A DNA stretch of 64,000 nt from NCBI GenBank assembly GCA_964291625.2, contig OZ220089.1, forward strand, positions 3,136,001 through 3,200,000, given 5' to 3'. The notes under the pieces were generated by a model that worked only from the letters and a program-made list of their open reading frames with translations, did not search any database and had not been told where the DNA came from. The number at the start of each line of letters is the position of its first letter. Position 1 is the stretch's first letter. A program made the position numbers and the translations under genes. Source of the stretch: Candidatus Latescibacterota bacterium (GTDB lineage Bacteria > Latescibacterota > UBA2968 > UBA8231). Shown here in pieces: positions 27,337 through 36,420 of the stretch.

Positions 27337-28439
27337 CAGGTGAGCACCAGGTCGTCGCGGTGGATCACTTCGAGGGGCGGCTGTCCGAGGATGCTGGCCA
27401 CCTCGGGCGAGCTGCGTCCGAGAATGCGGCCCACCTCCCCCGCGCCGTAGCGGCTCATGCCGCGGGCCACCTCGCGGCCCTGGTCGTCCTCCACGCGCAC
27501 CACGTCGCCGGCGCGGAAGGTTCCGGAGCAGGCGGTCACGCCCGCCGGCAGCAGGCTGCCGCCGCGCAGCTTGAGGGCGGCCACGGCGCCGGCGTCGACG
27601 GTGACGCTCCCCCGCGGCGGGGAGGCGAAGCCGATCCAGCGCTTGCGGCTGCCCATGCGCCGTCCCGCGGGCACGAAGAGCGTGCCCACCTCGCCGCCGT
27701 CGAGGATCTCGGCCAGGCTGTGCTTGCGGGCGTGGGCGATGACCGTCATCTCGCCGCACGCCATCAGCAGCCGCGCCGCCCTCACCTTGGTCGCCATGCC
27801 GCCGCGCCCCAGCCGGTTGGCGGCGCGGCTCACCGAGCGGCTGACGTCGTCTCCGAGGGAGACCTCGCGCAGCAACTCGTCTCCGCGGCCGTTGGCATAG
27901 CGGCGGTAGAGCCCCTCCACGTCGGAGAGGATGACCAGCAGCTCGGCATGGATCAGGTTGGCCACGTACGCGGCGAGCATGTCGTTGTCGCCCAGGGAGC
28001 GCTTCAGCTCGGCGACACCCACGGAGTCGTTCTCGTTGATCAGCGGCATCGCGCCGAGGGCGAACAGCTGCCGGAAGGTGTTGCGCAGGTTCACGTAGCG
28101 CTGCCGGTCCTCGAGTATGTCCCCCGCCGTCAGCAGGACCTGCCCCACGGGAACGCCGCGGCGGGCGAAGAGGCTCTCGTAGGTGGTGACCAGCAGGTTC
28201 TGGCCCACGGCGGCCACCGCCTGCAGATCGGCGATCGACCGGGGGCGCTCGCTCAGTCCCAGGCGGCCCATGCCCGCGGCCACCGCTCCCGAGGAGACGA
28301 CGGCCACCTCGAGGCCGCGCTCCCGGAGGGCGCAGACCTCGCCCACCAGCCGGCGCACGGTGGGTCGGTGCAGCTGGTTGGCCTCTCCGGCGACGCTCGT
28401 GGAGCCGATCTTGACGACCACCCGGCGCACGCCGGACAT
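27336..28439 (-). CDS. proB: Glutamate 5-kinase (with PUA domain); alternative GTG start at 28478
   Basis: RVVVKIGS; VSSGAVAAG; INENDSV; GDNDML; GRGGMATK; EVIHRDDL. Confidence 0.95.
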   Translation of the reverse strand: MSGVRRVVVKIGSTSVAGEANQLHRPTVRRLVGEVCALRERGLEVAVVSSGAVAAGMGRLGLSERPRSIADLQAVAAVGQNLLVTTYESLFARRGVPVGQVLLTAGDILEDRQRYVNLRNTFRQLFALGAMPLINENDSVGVAELKRSLGDNDMLAAYVANLIHAELLVILSDVEGLYRRYANGRGDELLREVSLGDDVSRSVSRAANRLGRGGMATKVRAARLLMACGEMTVIAHARKHSLAEILDGGEVGTLFVPAGRRMGSRKRWIGFASPPRGSVTVDAGAVAALKLRGGSLLPAGVTACSGTFRAGDVVRVEDDQGREVARGMSRYGAGEVGRILGRSSPEVASILGQPPLEVIHRDDLVLT

Positions 28440-28474
28440 GCGCCGGGCCCGCGGCCGGGTCTCGGGTGCGTGGT

Positions 28475-29257
28475 TCACGTCTCGTAGTGGCGCACGGTGA
28501 CGCCGCGTTCGGCGAGGTACTCCTTCACCCGCGGAATGGTGTAGACCTCGAAGTGGAAGATCGACGCCGCCAGGGCGGCGCTCGCCTGCCCTTCGGTCAG
28601 GACCTCGTGGATGTGCTCCAGGGTGCCGGCGCCCCCGGAGGCGACGATGGGGACACCGACGCGTCCGGCCACCGCCCGGTTGAGGGCCAGGTCGTAGCCG
28701 TCTCTCGTGCCGTCGGCGTCGATGCTGTTGAGGACCAGCTCGCCGGCGCCCCGCTCGACCAGCTCCGTCACCCACTCCAGGGCGTCGATCCCCGTCGCCG
28801 TGCGCCCGCCGTCGACGTAGATCTCCCAACTCGGATCCTGGCCGTCGGCGGGAGGCCGCCGCAGGGCGTCGATGGCGCCGGCGATGCACTGGCTGCCAAA
28901 GCTCTCGGCGGAACGGTTGACGATCTCCGGGTCCCTCACGGCGGCGGAGTTGATGGAGACTTTGTCGGCGCCGCCCTTGAGAATGGTGCGCACGTCCTCG
29001 AAGGTACGGATTCCGCCGCCCACGGTGAGGGGGATGAAGACCTGCTCCGACACCTGGCGCACCAGGTCCATCACGATCGCCCGGCCGTCGGCGGAGGCGG
29101 TGATATCGTAGAACACCAGCTCGTCGGCGCCCTCGCGGTCGTAGCGCGAGGCCAGCTCCACCGGATCGCCGGCGTCGCGGTCGGCGGAGAAACGGACGCC
29201 GCGCACGTTGCGCCCGTCCTTCACGTCGAGGCAGGGGATGATGCGCTTGGCAAGCAT
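28475..29257 (-). CDS. hisF: Imidazole glycerol phosphate synthase cyclase subunit
   Basis: [12 protein letters not shown]; [13 protein letters not shown]; SIDADGT..GYD; ASGGAG; ALAASIFH. Confidence 0.97.
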   Translation of the reverse strand: MLAKRIIPCLDVKDGRNVRGVRFSADRDAGDPVELASRYDREGADELVFYDITASADGRAIVMDLVRQVSEQVFIPLTVGGGIRTFEDVRTILKGGADKVSINSAAVRDPEIVNRSAESFGSQCIAGAIDALRRPPADGQDPSWEIYVDGGRTATGIDALEWVTELVERGAGELVLNSIDADGTRDGYDLALNRAVAGRVGVPIVASGGAGTLEHIHEVLTEGQASAALAASIFHFEVYTIPRVKEYLAERGVTVRHYET

Positions 29258-29275
29258 GGCGCCGAGGCAGCCGAT

Positions 29276-29878
29276 CTATCGGAAAGCGGCGAAGTTGGCC
29301 AGCAGGCGCAGTCCCACCTTCTGGCTCTTCTCCGGATGGAACTGCACGCCGAAGAGGTTGCCGCGGGCGGCGATCGAGGTGTACTCGAGGCCGTACTCGG
29401 TGGTCGCCACCGACTCGCTGGCCTCCTCGGTTTCCACGTAGTAGGAGTGGACGAAGTAGAAGAAGCTGCCCTCCTCGACGCCCTCCAGCAGCGGGCACCG
29501 GCGCCGGATGGAGATCTGGTTCCAGCCGATCTGGGGCACCCGCTCCGACGCCGGGAATCGGCGGCAGCGGCCGGCGAACAACTCCAGTCCGGTGTGGCGC
29601 CCCATCTCCTCGCTGGCTGCGAACATCAGTTGCAGGCCGACGCAGATCCCGAGGAAGGGCCGGCCCTCCCGCAGGTGATCGGCGATCGCCTCGTCCCATC
29701 CGGAGGCGCGCAGGTTGCGCATGGCGTCGCCGAAGGCGGCGTCACCCGGAAGCACGAGATGCGTTGCATCCCGCGCCAGGGCCGGATCCTCGACGATGGC
29801 GGCCTCGTGGCCGAGGAACTGAAAGGCCTTCTCCACGCTGCGCAGGTTGCCCATGCCGTAGTCGGCGATGGCGATCAC
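29276..29878 (-). CDS. hisH: Imidazole glycerol phosphate synthase glutaminase subunit
   Basis: DYGMGNLRSV; LGICVGLQ; YFVHSY; QFHPEKS. Confidence 0.96.
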   Translation of the reverse strand: MIAIADYGMGNLRSVEKAFQFLGHEAAIVEDPALARDATHLVLPGDAAFGDAMRNLRASGWDEAIADHLREGRPFLGICVGLQLMFAASEEMGRHTGLELFAGRCRRFPASERVPQIGWNQISIRRRCPLLEGVEEGSFFYFVHSYYVETEEASESVATTEYGLEYTSIAARGNLFGVQFHPEKSQKVGLRLLANFAAFR

Positions 29879-29881
29879 GGC

Positions 29882-30694
29882 TCAGGTTCCCAGTTCCTTC
29901 GAGCGCCGCGTGGCGGCGGCCACGGCGGCTTGCAGGGCCTGGCGCAAGCCGCCTTCCTCCAGGGCCGTCAGTCCCGCGAGGGTGGTGCCGGCGGGGGAGG
30001 TCACCTGGTCCCGCAGCTCAGCCGGAGAGGCCACGCCTTCCTGGACCATGCGCGCCGCTCCGTTCACGGTTTGCGCCGCCAGGGCCATGGCCACCTCCGG
30101 CGCCAGCCCGGCCTCCACGCCTCCGTCGGCGAGCGCTTCGATAACGGTGTAGATGTAGGCGGGTCCGCTTCCCGACATTCCGGTGACGGCGTCCATCTGT
30201 GACTCGCGGACCTCCACCGTGGTACCCAGCCGGTCGAAGAGGGCTCGCACCGCGGCTACCGCCGCCGGGCCGGCGTGACGGCCGGCGCAGAGGGCGGTGG
30301 CGCCGGCGCGGAGGCGGATCAGGGTCTGGGGCATGACGCGCACCACGGCCCGGGAAGGCGGCAGGAGATCCTCGATGGTGGATGTGGTCACGCCGGCCAC
30401 GGCCGAAACGACGAGGTGCTCCCGGGACAGGTGGAGGGCGAGAGACCGCAGGACATGGCGGGCGACCTGCGGCTTGACGGCGAGGAAGGCGACATCGCTC
30501 GTGGAGACGGCGGAGATGTCGCTTGAGGTGCGCAGGCCGCGCTGAGCGAGGGGGGCGAGCAGGTCGTCGAGGAGATCCACCGCCGTCAGCCGATGGGCGG
30601 CGACACCGGAATCCAGCAGGCCCGAGATGAAGCAGCCGCCGAGATTGCCGGCGCCGATCACTGCGATGGTGGGCTCTGACGAGCTCGGCGTCAC
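29882..30694 (-). CDS. proC: Pyrroline-5-carboxylate reductase
   Basis: IGAGNLG; LAVKPQ; VRVMP; SGSGPAY; VTSPAGTT; GTG start with GGAG RBS. Confidence 0.94.
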   Translation of the reverse strand: MTPSSSEPTIAVIGAGNLGGCFISGLLDSGVAAHRLTAVDLLDDLLAPLAQRGLRTSSDISAVSTSDVAFLAVKPQVARHVLRSLALHLSREHLVVSAVAGVTTSTIEDLLPPSRAVVRVMPQTLIRLRAGATALCAGRHAGPAAVAAVRALFDRLGTTVEVRESQMDAVTGMSGSGPAYIYTVIEALADGGVEAGLAPEVAMALAAQTVNGAARMVQEGVASPAELRDQVTSPAGTTLAGLTALEEGGLRQALQAAVAAATRRSKELGT

Positions 30695-30823
30695 GGGGAC
30701 TCCATGTTCCATGTGGAGGATGGAATGGGGACTTGCAGAAAGTACCCATCCCACGACTCGCGCTGCAAGGGGAATCGCCCCGTACAGTCGGGTCATTCCC
30801 CTCTGTACGCATACCATTTCTGC

Positions 30824-30853
30824 TTGACGGACTCGAAGCGCTTTGGCTATCTT
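30824..30853 (+). promoter_or_regulatory. Sigma70-like promoter for the histone-like/SWIB gene
   Basis: TTGACG-N18-TATCTT in an AT-richer intergenic region. Confidence 0.55.
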
Positions 30854-30961
30854 TGCCCGAATTGTGATTTGTGCCTTTCCAGGAGTGGGGAAGTTCTTCC
30901 GACGGGCACAACGACAGGCGAGGCGGCAGAGCCGCTCCACGCGCACCTAAGGAGAGAGCAG

Positions 30962-31453
30962 ATGGCGAAGCGCAAGGCCACAAAGAAGAAAGCGGCCAAG
31001 AGGAAGGCCGCGCCGAAGAAGGCGGCGAAGAAGAAGGCCGCCAGGAAGAAGGCGGCCAGGAAGGCCGCGCCGAAGAAGGCGGCGAAGAAGAAGGCCGCCA
31101 AGAAGAAGGCGTCGAAGAAGAAAGCGTCGAAGAAGAAGGCCGCCAAGAAGAAGGCGTCGAAGAAGAGAGCAAAAAAAAAAGCCGCTAGGAAGAGGGCGAA
31201 GAGGAAGCCGAACCCCTCGTTCATGAGGCCCCTGACCCCCGATGCGGCGCTGGCCGCCGTGGTGGGCACCAAGCCCCTGCCTCGGACGGAGGTCGTCAAG
31301 AAGCTCTGGTCCTACATCAAGCGGAAAGACCTCCAGAACAAGCAGAACAAGCGGATGATCAATGCCGACGACAAGCTCAGCGATCTGTTCGGCGGCAAGA
31401 AGCAGGTCAGCATGTTCGAGATGACCAAGCTCGTGAGCCAGCATCTCAGCTGA
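30962..31453 (+). CDS. Histone-H1-like Lys/Ala-rich protein fused to a SWIB/MDM2 domain
   Basis: RBS AAGGAG; about 80 aa of KKAAKK/KKAS repeats, then FMRPLTP...LAAVVG..PLPRTEVVKKLWSYIK...LQ...RMINADDKL...VSMFEMTKLV. Confidence 0.9.
   Translation: MAKRKATKKKAAKRKAAPKKAAKKKAARKKAARKAAPKKAAKKKAAKKKASKKKASKKKAAKKKASKKRAKKKAARKRAKRKPNPSFMRPLTPDAALAAVVGTKPLPRTEVVKKLWSYIKRKDLQNKQNKRMINADDKLSDLFGGKKQVSMFEMTKLVSQHLS
31001..31100 (+). repeat. 43-bp exact direct repeat within the Lys/Ala tract
   Basis: AGGAAGGCCGCGCCGAAGAAGGCGGCGAAGAAGAAGGCCGCCA at 31001-31043 and 31058-31100. Confidence 0.85.
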
Positions 31454-31485
31454 CCCGGCGTCATCCGCAGGACAGCACTCGATCG

Positions 31486-31531
31486 AGAAGAGGAGCTCCC
31501 CGACCCCGGGAGCTCCTCTTCTTGTTATATT
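31486..31531 (+). terminator. Intrinsic terminator
   Basis: Perfect 15-bp stem AGAAGAGGAGCTCCC / GGGAGCTCCTCTTCT, 7-nt loop, T-rich tail. Confidence 0.85.
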
Positions 31532-31539
31532 GACACCCC

Positions 31540-32649
31540 ATGGCTCGAATGAACCCGCCTGCCCTGGTCGCTCTCGCCGACGGCACGACCTTCACCGGCA
31601 CCCACGTCGGCGCCGAGGGCGAGGTCTTCGGCGAGATGGTCTTCAACACGAGCATGACAGGGTACCAGGAGATCCTCACCGATCCCTCGTACGCCGGCCA
31701 GATGGTGTGCATGACCTACCCCCACATCGGCAACTACGGGGTCAACCCCGAGGATGACGAGTCCGAGAGGCCCCACGTGCGCGCCTTTTTGATGAAGGCG
31801 TGCTGCCGGCGGCCGTCCAACCACCGGGCTACATCGGGCCTGGTGGAATACCTGCAGGAGCATGGCGTCGTCGGCGTCGAGGGCACCGATACGCGGGAGT
31901 TGACCCGCCGGGTGCGGATCCACGGCGCCATGAACGCGGCGGTCAGCACGCGGGATCTCGACCCGAAGAGCCTCACCGCCAAGGCCAGGGACTGGGAGGG
32001 GCTCGTCGGGGTCGACCTGGTGCGCGGCGTGACCTGCGCCGAGCCGTACGACTGCGAGCCCGCCGGCTCGCCGCGGTTCCACGTCGTCGCCTTCGACTAC
32101 GGCATCAAGCGCAGCATCCTCCGCCGTCTGGTGGCCGAGGGCTGCCGGGTCACCGTGGTGCCCGCCGCCACCACCGCCGACGAGGCCCTCGCCCGCGAGC
32201 CCGACGGCATCTTCCTGTCCAACGGCCCCGGAGATCCGCGGCCCCTGCACTACGCCATCGACACGGTCCGCGATCTCGTGGAGCGCGCCGATCGGCCCAT
32301 CTTCGGCATCTGTCTGGGCCACGAGATCCTCGGCCTGGCCCTGGGCGCCGAGATCTACAAGCTCAAGTTCGGCCACCGCGGGGCCAACCAGCCCATCGAG
32401 GAATCCGGCAGCGGCCGCATTCTCATCACCTCGGAGAACCACGGCTGGGGCATCCGCGGCGACAGCATACCCGATGCCCTCGAAGTCACCCGCCGCAACC
32501 TCAACGATGGCTGCGTCGAGGGCATGCACCACCGCGAGCTGCCCGTGTTCTCCATCCAGTGCCACCCGGAAGCCTCCCCGGGGCCGCACGACAGCTACCA
32601 CCTCTTCGGCTATTTCGCCGACCTGATGTCGCGGCGCCGCGCCGCCTGA
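31540..32649 (+). CDS. carA: Carbamoyl-phosphate synthase small subunit
   Basis: GEMVFNTSMTGYQEILTDPSY; LSNGPGDP; FGICLGH; KFGHRGANQP; HPEASPGPHD. Confidence 0.96.
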   Translation: MARMNPPALVALADGTTFTGTHVGAEGEVFGEMVFNTSMTGYQEILTDPSYAGQMVCMTYPHIGNYGVNPEDDESERPHVRAFLMKACCRRPSNHRATSGLVEYLQEHGVVGVEGTDTRELTRRVRIHGAMNAAVSTRDLDPKSLTAKARDWEGLVGVDLVRGVTCAEPYDCEPAGSPRFHVVAFDYGIKRSILRRLVAEGCRVTVVPAATTADEALAREPDGIFLSNGPGDPRPLHYAIDTVRDLVERADRPIFGICLGHEILGLALGAEIYKLKFGHRGANQPIEESGSGRILITSENHGWGIRGDSIPDALEVTRRNLNDGCVEGMHHRELPVFSIQCHPEASPGPHDSYHLFGYFADLMSRRRAA

Positions 32650-32679
32650 AGCCGCCCCCGCCGCCCGAAGGAGTCCGGC

Positions 32680-33726
32680 ATGCCCATCGTCCGGGAGGAA
32701 GTCCTGCGCCCTCTCGCCTTCGACATCTTCGCCGCCACCGGGATCCCGGAGGAGGATGCCCGCATCGTGGCCGACCATCTCGTCGACAGCCACCTGGCGG
32801 GACACGACTCGCACGGCACCTGGTTCATGGCGGGGTACGCCCGGCAGATGCGCAGCGGTTACGTGCCCTGGGAACAGCGGGAGGTGGTGCGCGAGAACCC
32901 CTGCCTGACGATCATCGACGGCCGCGGGGCCAACGGCATCGTCGCCGTCACCCGCGCCGTCGACCTGGCGGTGGAGAAGGCCCGTGCCGCCACCTTCGGC
33001 TTCGTCGGTCTGAACTCGGTGACCCACATCGGCCGCCTGGGCGACTATCCGCCGCGCATCGCCGAGCAGGGCATGATCGGCATGGTGTGGCTCAACGGCG
33101 GCGGCCTGTTCCTGGCCCCCCACGGCAGCGCCGACCGCCGTCTCCGGCCCGAGCCGATCGCCTTCTCGGCGCCGCGCCGCGACGGTGCGCCCTTCATGCT
33201 CGACATGACCATGACCGTCGTCGCCGGCGGCAAGATCGAGCAGAAGATCGTGCGCAACGATCCACTGCCCGACGGCTGGGTCATCGACGGCAACGGCGAC
33301 TACGTCTCCGACGCCGGGCTCTACCACAGCGACGCCGCCAACAACGCCGTCCTGCCCCTCGGGGGCCTGCAGTTCGGCCACAAGGGGCACGGTCTGGCGA
33401 TGATGGTGGAGATGCTGGTGGGTCCCCTGTCGCACGCGGGGTGCACGAAGCAGGACGGCCAGGGCGGCGGCGGCGTGATGGTCCTGGCCATCGACATCTC
33501 GGCCTTCACCGCTCTCGAGGACTACGTGGAGGAGGTCGAGGCCCTCGCCGCCTGGGTGACCTCCGCCCGCCCCCTGCCCGGCTTCTCGCAGATCTACGCG
33601 CCGGGGGAGATCGAGGAGGAGACCCGCGCCCGGAGGCGAGCCGAAGGCTTCGAGATCCCCGACCCGACCTGGGAGCAGATCGCCGGTGTCGCCGCCGAGC
33701 TCGGCGTCGAGATGCCGTCCCTCTGA
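32680..33726 (+). CDS. Ldh_2-family (malate/L-lactate/sulfolactate type) oxidoreductase
   Basis: GHDSHG; HIGRLG; PIAF..P; LDM; LPLGG..FGHKGHGL; PGEIE. Confidence 0.88.
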   Translation: MPIVREEVLRPLAFDIFAATGIPEEDARIVADHLVDSHLAGHDSHGTWFMAGYARQMRSGYVPWEQREVVRENPCLTIIDGRGANGIVAVTRAVDLAVEKARAATFGFVGLNSVTHIGRLGDYPPRIAEQGMIGMVWLNGGGLFLAPHGSADRRLRPEPIAFSAPRRDGAPFMLDMTMTVVAGGKIEQKIVRNDPLPDGWVIDGNGDYVSDAGLYHSDAANNAVLPLGGLQFGHKGHGLAMMVEMLVGPLSHAGCTKQDGQGGGGVMVLAIDISAFTALEDYVEEVEALAAWVTSARPLPGFSQIYAPGEIEEETRARRRAEGFEIPDPTWEQIAGVAAELGVEMPSL

Positions 33727-33732
33727 GGGGCT

Positions 33733-36420
33733 CTACATCGACACGCCGAGCAGGCCCCGGGTGATCTGGAAGTCGGTGACGCCGCGCTCCCAGAGCCGGG
33801 GGTGCCGCTGTCGCCCCGCCACCTCGAGCAGCCGTTGCAGCAAAGCCTCCGCCCAGGGGGTGTCACCCTCCTCGAGGGCGCCGTCGAGATCCTCGCGGAA
33901 GCGGGAGATCACCTCCCCCGCGGCGCTCACCTGGAGCAGGGGGACCAGCGGATGGCCCTGCACGGGGTGCTCTCCCGCATGGGCCAGGAGGATCTCCACC
34001 CCCGTGGCCCCCAACCCCGAGAGAGACTCGGTCCAGTGTTCGATGGGCGCCTCCATCACATGGAGGCCGGGCCGGGCGGGCTTCTGGCCGTGGGCGATGG
34101 TGGGGGCCGGCGGTCCGGGCAGACCGAGGGCGGCCGCGTAGGCCGGTGAGCCGGCGAGGCCGCCCTCCGGCACCACGACGGTGCCGCCGGCGCCTGCGAT
34201 CCAGCCCGTCAGCTGCGCGAAGGCCCGCGCCGCGTCGTCGGGGATCGGTCCCGCTGACAGCAGACCCAGGCGCAGATCGGCGAGACCGGCCTCCGTCGAC
34301 GGGGGCGCCCCGAGTCCATCCAGCCGCTGCGCGAACCACTCCTCGACGCGCTCCAGCACACGCTCGATGCCGCCGTCGAGCTGGACGCTGGCGAAGCCGT
34401 AGCGGCCGCCGTCGATCCCCGCCTCGTCGAGGGCGGCGCGCATGTAGTCGTTGTGGGTCTTCTCGCAGCCGTGCTCCAGCAGCAGGGCGAGGGCCACCGA
34501 CGGATGGGTGAGGTACCCGAGCAGCGTACGGCGGTAGATCTCCTCGCTTGACCCGCCCGAGACGCCGCAGCCCTCGGTGTGGACCAGGGCCGCGAAGCGG
34601 GAGATTCCCGCCGGGGACCCCAGGCCCGCCGCGTTGAGGCGCTCGGCCGCCATGCGCGCCACCTGTCCCGAGCACAGGCTCGTGGGCAGCACCAGGCCCA
34701 GGCGGTCGAGGGCGAGGCCGTCGCCGGTGTACAGGGCCTCGAAGGAGGCCGCCGGCGGCGCCGGGGACCGGACCGCCAGGGGCTCGCCGCCGGGGGCCGG
34801 GGCCGACTGCAGCTCCGCCAGCCGGCCGGCGTCGCGCTGGGGCCAGTCGCGCCAGATCGACACCTGCGAGTGGCCCGCCTGCTCTCCCCTGGAGCGGCGG
34901 CCCGAGGAGATCTCGAGGGTGAAATCGAAGAGGGCCTGTCCCAGGGCGTCCATGGGCGCGCCGTCCTGGTAGGCGCCGGCGTTGACGTCCATGTCCTCTT
35001 CGAGCAGCTCGAAGCGCGGCGTGGTGGTGACGATCTTCACCGTCGGCACGAAGGGGAAGTTGGTGATCGAGCCGTTGCCGGTGACGAAGTAGATCAAGTT
35101 GCAGCCCGAGGCCACCTGCCCGGCGACCGACTCCAGGTCGTTGCCCGGCGAGTCCATGAACCAGAAGCCGCCGGCGGGGATCGGCTCGGAGTACTCCAGG
35201 CAGCCCTCGAGGGGCACCTCGGGATGGCGCTTCATGGCGGCGCCGATCGACTTCAGGACGATGTTGTAGAGCCCGCGGTACTTGTTGCCCCCCGATGGAT
35301 TGGCCTCGGCCGACTCGCCGTGCCAGGCGACGCGCTCCTCGAAGCGCCGCACCATCTCCAGGAAGCGCCGGGCCGTGGCCGAGTCGCGCACCCGGTGGAG
35401 CACGTACGGCTCCGCCCCGATGAGCTCGTCCGTCTCGGCCAGATTGGCGGCCCCCCCGGCGCGGATCAGCTCGCGAGCCGCCCAGGCCGCCAGGGGATTG
35501 CCGGAGACGCCGGAGAAGGCGTCGGATCCGCCGCACTGCAGGGCCAGCCGCAGCCGCGACGCCGGAAGCTCGACCCGCCGCTGCCGCGACAGGCTCTCGG
35601 TCCAGCCGCGGGCCAGCCGTTCCCCCTCGTCGAGAGAGTGGTCGAACCCGCCCTCCAGGGAGAGGAACCGATGGGGCACCTCGTCGATGGGCAGGCCCTC
35701 GCTGCGCAGGTATCCGGCCAGCAGCCGGTTGGGCACCGCCTCGGAGCCGTAGTCCACGGCGAGCAGGGCCCCCACGTTGGGGTGCACGGCGAAGCCGGCC
35801 AGGGTGCGCAGCAGCAGGTCCCGGTTGTTGGGGGTCCCGGCGCCGCCCCCCTCGGTGTGGGCCACCGCCACGACACCGTCGAAGCCATCGGTGGTCGGCG
35901 TGTCCGCCAGGCGCCGGGCCAGCAGGCGCGCATAGGCGGCGGTGCGCGAGCTGGTTCCCATGATGACGACGTAGTTGCGCGTCCCCGCCCCGCGGGGCCC
36001 CCGGTCGAAGCCGCGGAAGGTGGGTGGATCGGGGTTCAGGGGAAGCGGTGGGGCGGGCTCGAAGGCGGCCTCGTCGAGGACGTAGGGGGTGATCCGGTCC
36101 TCGAAGTTGGCCGCCGCCGGCAGCGCGAAGTCGAGGCGGCGGCCCCCCAGGGCCTCGAGCATCCCCGCGTTGCACACGTAGTCGCCGGGGTCGATGTCGC
36201 GGGTGGCGGCGCCGAAGGGCAGGCCCCAGGAGAGCAGCTCCCGCCCCCGGGGGATCGGGGCCACGGCGAAGCGGTGGCCCTCCATGAGCGTGTGGGAGAG
36301 GGTGATCTCCCCCTCCGTGGTGCCCACCCGGGTGCCGGCTTCGAGTCTTCGCGTGGCGATGCCCACGTTGTCGCCCGGGGCCGGGAGGCGGGCGACCTCC
36401 GCGAACTCGAAGGCGCTCAC
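33733..36420 (-). CDS. UxaA/GarD-family sugar-acid dehydratase (SAF domain, catalytic domain and partial duplicate)
   Basis: GTG start overlapping the aroC stop; DNVGIA; GHRFA; HTEG; LQCGGSDAFSGVSGNP; NPSGGN; FVTGNG; second LVHTEGCG...HGCE segment. Confidence 0.85.
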   Translation of the reverse strand: MSAFEFAEVARLPAPGDNVGIATRRLEAGTRVGTTEGEITLSHTLMEGHRFAVAPIPRGRELLSWGLPFGAATRDIDPGDYVCNAGMLEALGGRRLDFALPAAANFEDRITPYVLDEAAFEPAPPLPLNPDPPTFRGFDRGPRGAGTRNYVVIMGTSSRTAAYARLLARRLADTPTTDGFDGVVAVAHTEGGGAGTPNNRDLLLRTLAGFAVHPNVGALLAVDYGSEAVPNRLLAGYLRSEGLPIDEVPHRFLSLEGGFDHSLDEGERLARGWTESLSRQRRVELPASRLRLALQCGGSDAFSGVSGNPLAAWAARELIRAGGAANLAETDELIGAEPYVLHRVRDSATARRFLEMVRRFEERVAWHGESAEANPSGGNKYRGLYNIVLKSIGAAMKRHPEVPLEGCLEYSEPIPAGGFWFMDSPGNDLESVAGQVASGCNLIYFVTGNGSITNFPFVPTVKIVTTTPRFELLEEDMDVNAGAYQDGAPMDALGQALFDFTLEISSGRRSRGEQAGHSQVSIWRDWPQRDAGRLAELQSAPAPGGEPLAVRSPAPPAASFEALYTGDGLALDRLGLVLPTSLCSGQVARMAAERLNAAGLGSPAGISRFAALVHTEGCGVSGGSSEEIYRRTLLGYLTHPSVALALLLEHGCEKTHNDYMRAALDEAGIDGGRYGFASVQLDGGIERVLERVEEWFAQRLDGLGAPPSTEAGLADLRLGLLSAGPIPDDAARAFAQLTGWIAGAGGTVVVPEGGLAGSPAYAAALGLPGPPAPTIAHGQKPARPGLHVMEAPIEHWTESLSGLGATGVEILLAHAGEHPVQGHPLVPLLQVSAAGEVISRFREDLDGALEEGDTPWAEALLQRLLEVAGRQRHPRLWERGVTDFQITRGLLGVSM

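Noticed and set aside
30781-30809. Hairpin CGTACAG...CTGTACG between proC and the SWIB gene as a riboswitch or ncRNA
   Set aside because: Only a 7-bp stem with no recognisable aptamer consensus; it could be an operator, but this is unsupported.
30970-31200. Short tandem repeats as a possible CRISPR array
   Set aside because: They are coding repeats without unique spacers, and there are no cas genes in the window.
30847-31299. Antisense Phe/Ala-rich 'membrane protein' (FFAAFF repeats)
   Set aside because: It is the reverse complement of the Lys/Ala repeats in the histone-like gene.
31540-32649. carA without adjacent carB; hisH-hisF without hisA
   Set aside because: Split biosynthetic operons are common, and the partner genes are probably elsewhere in the genome.
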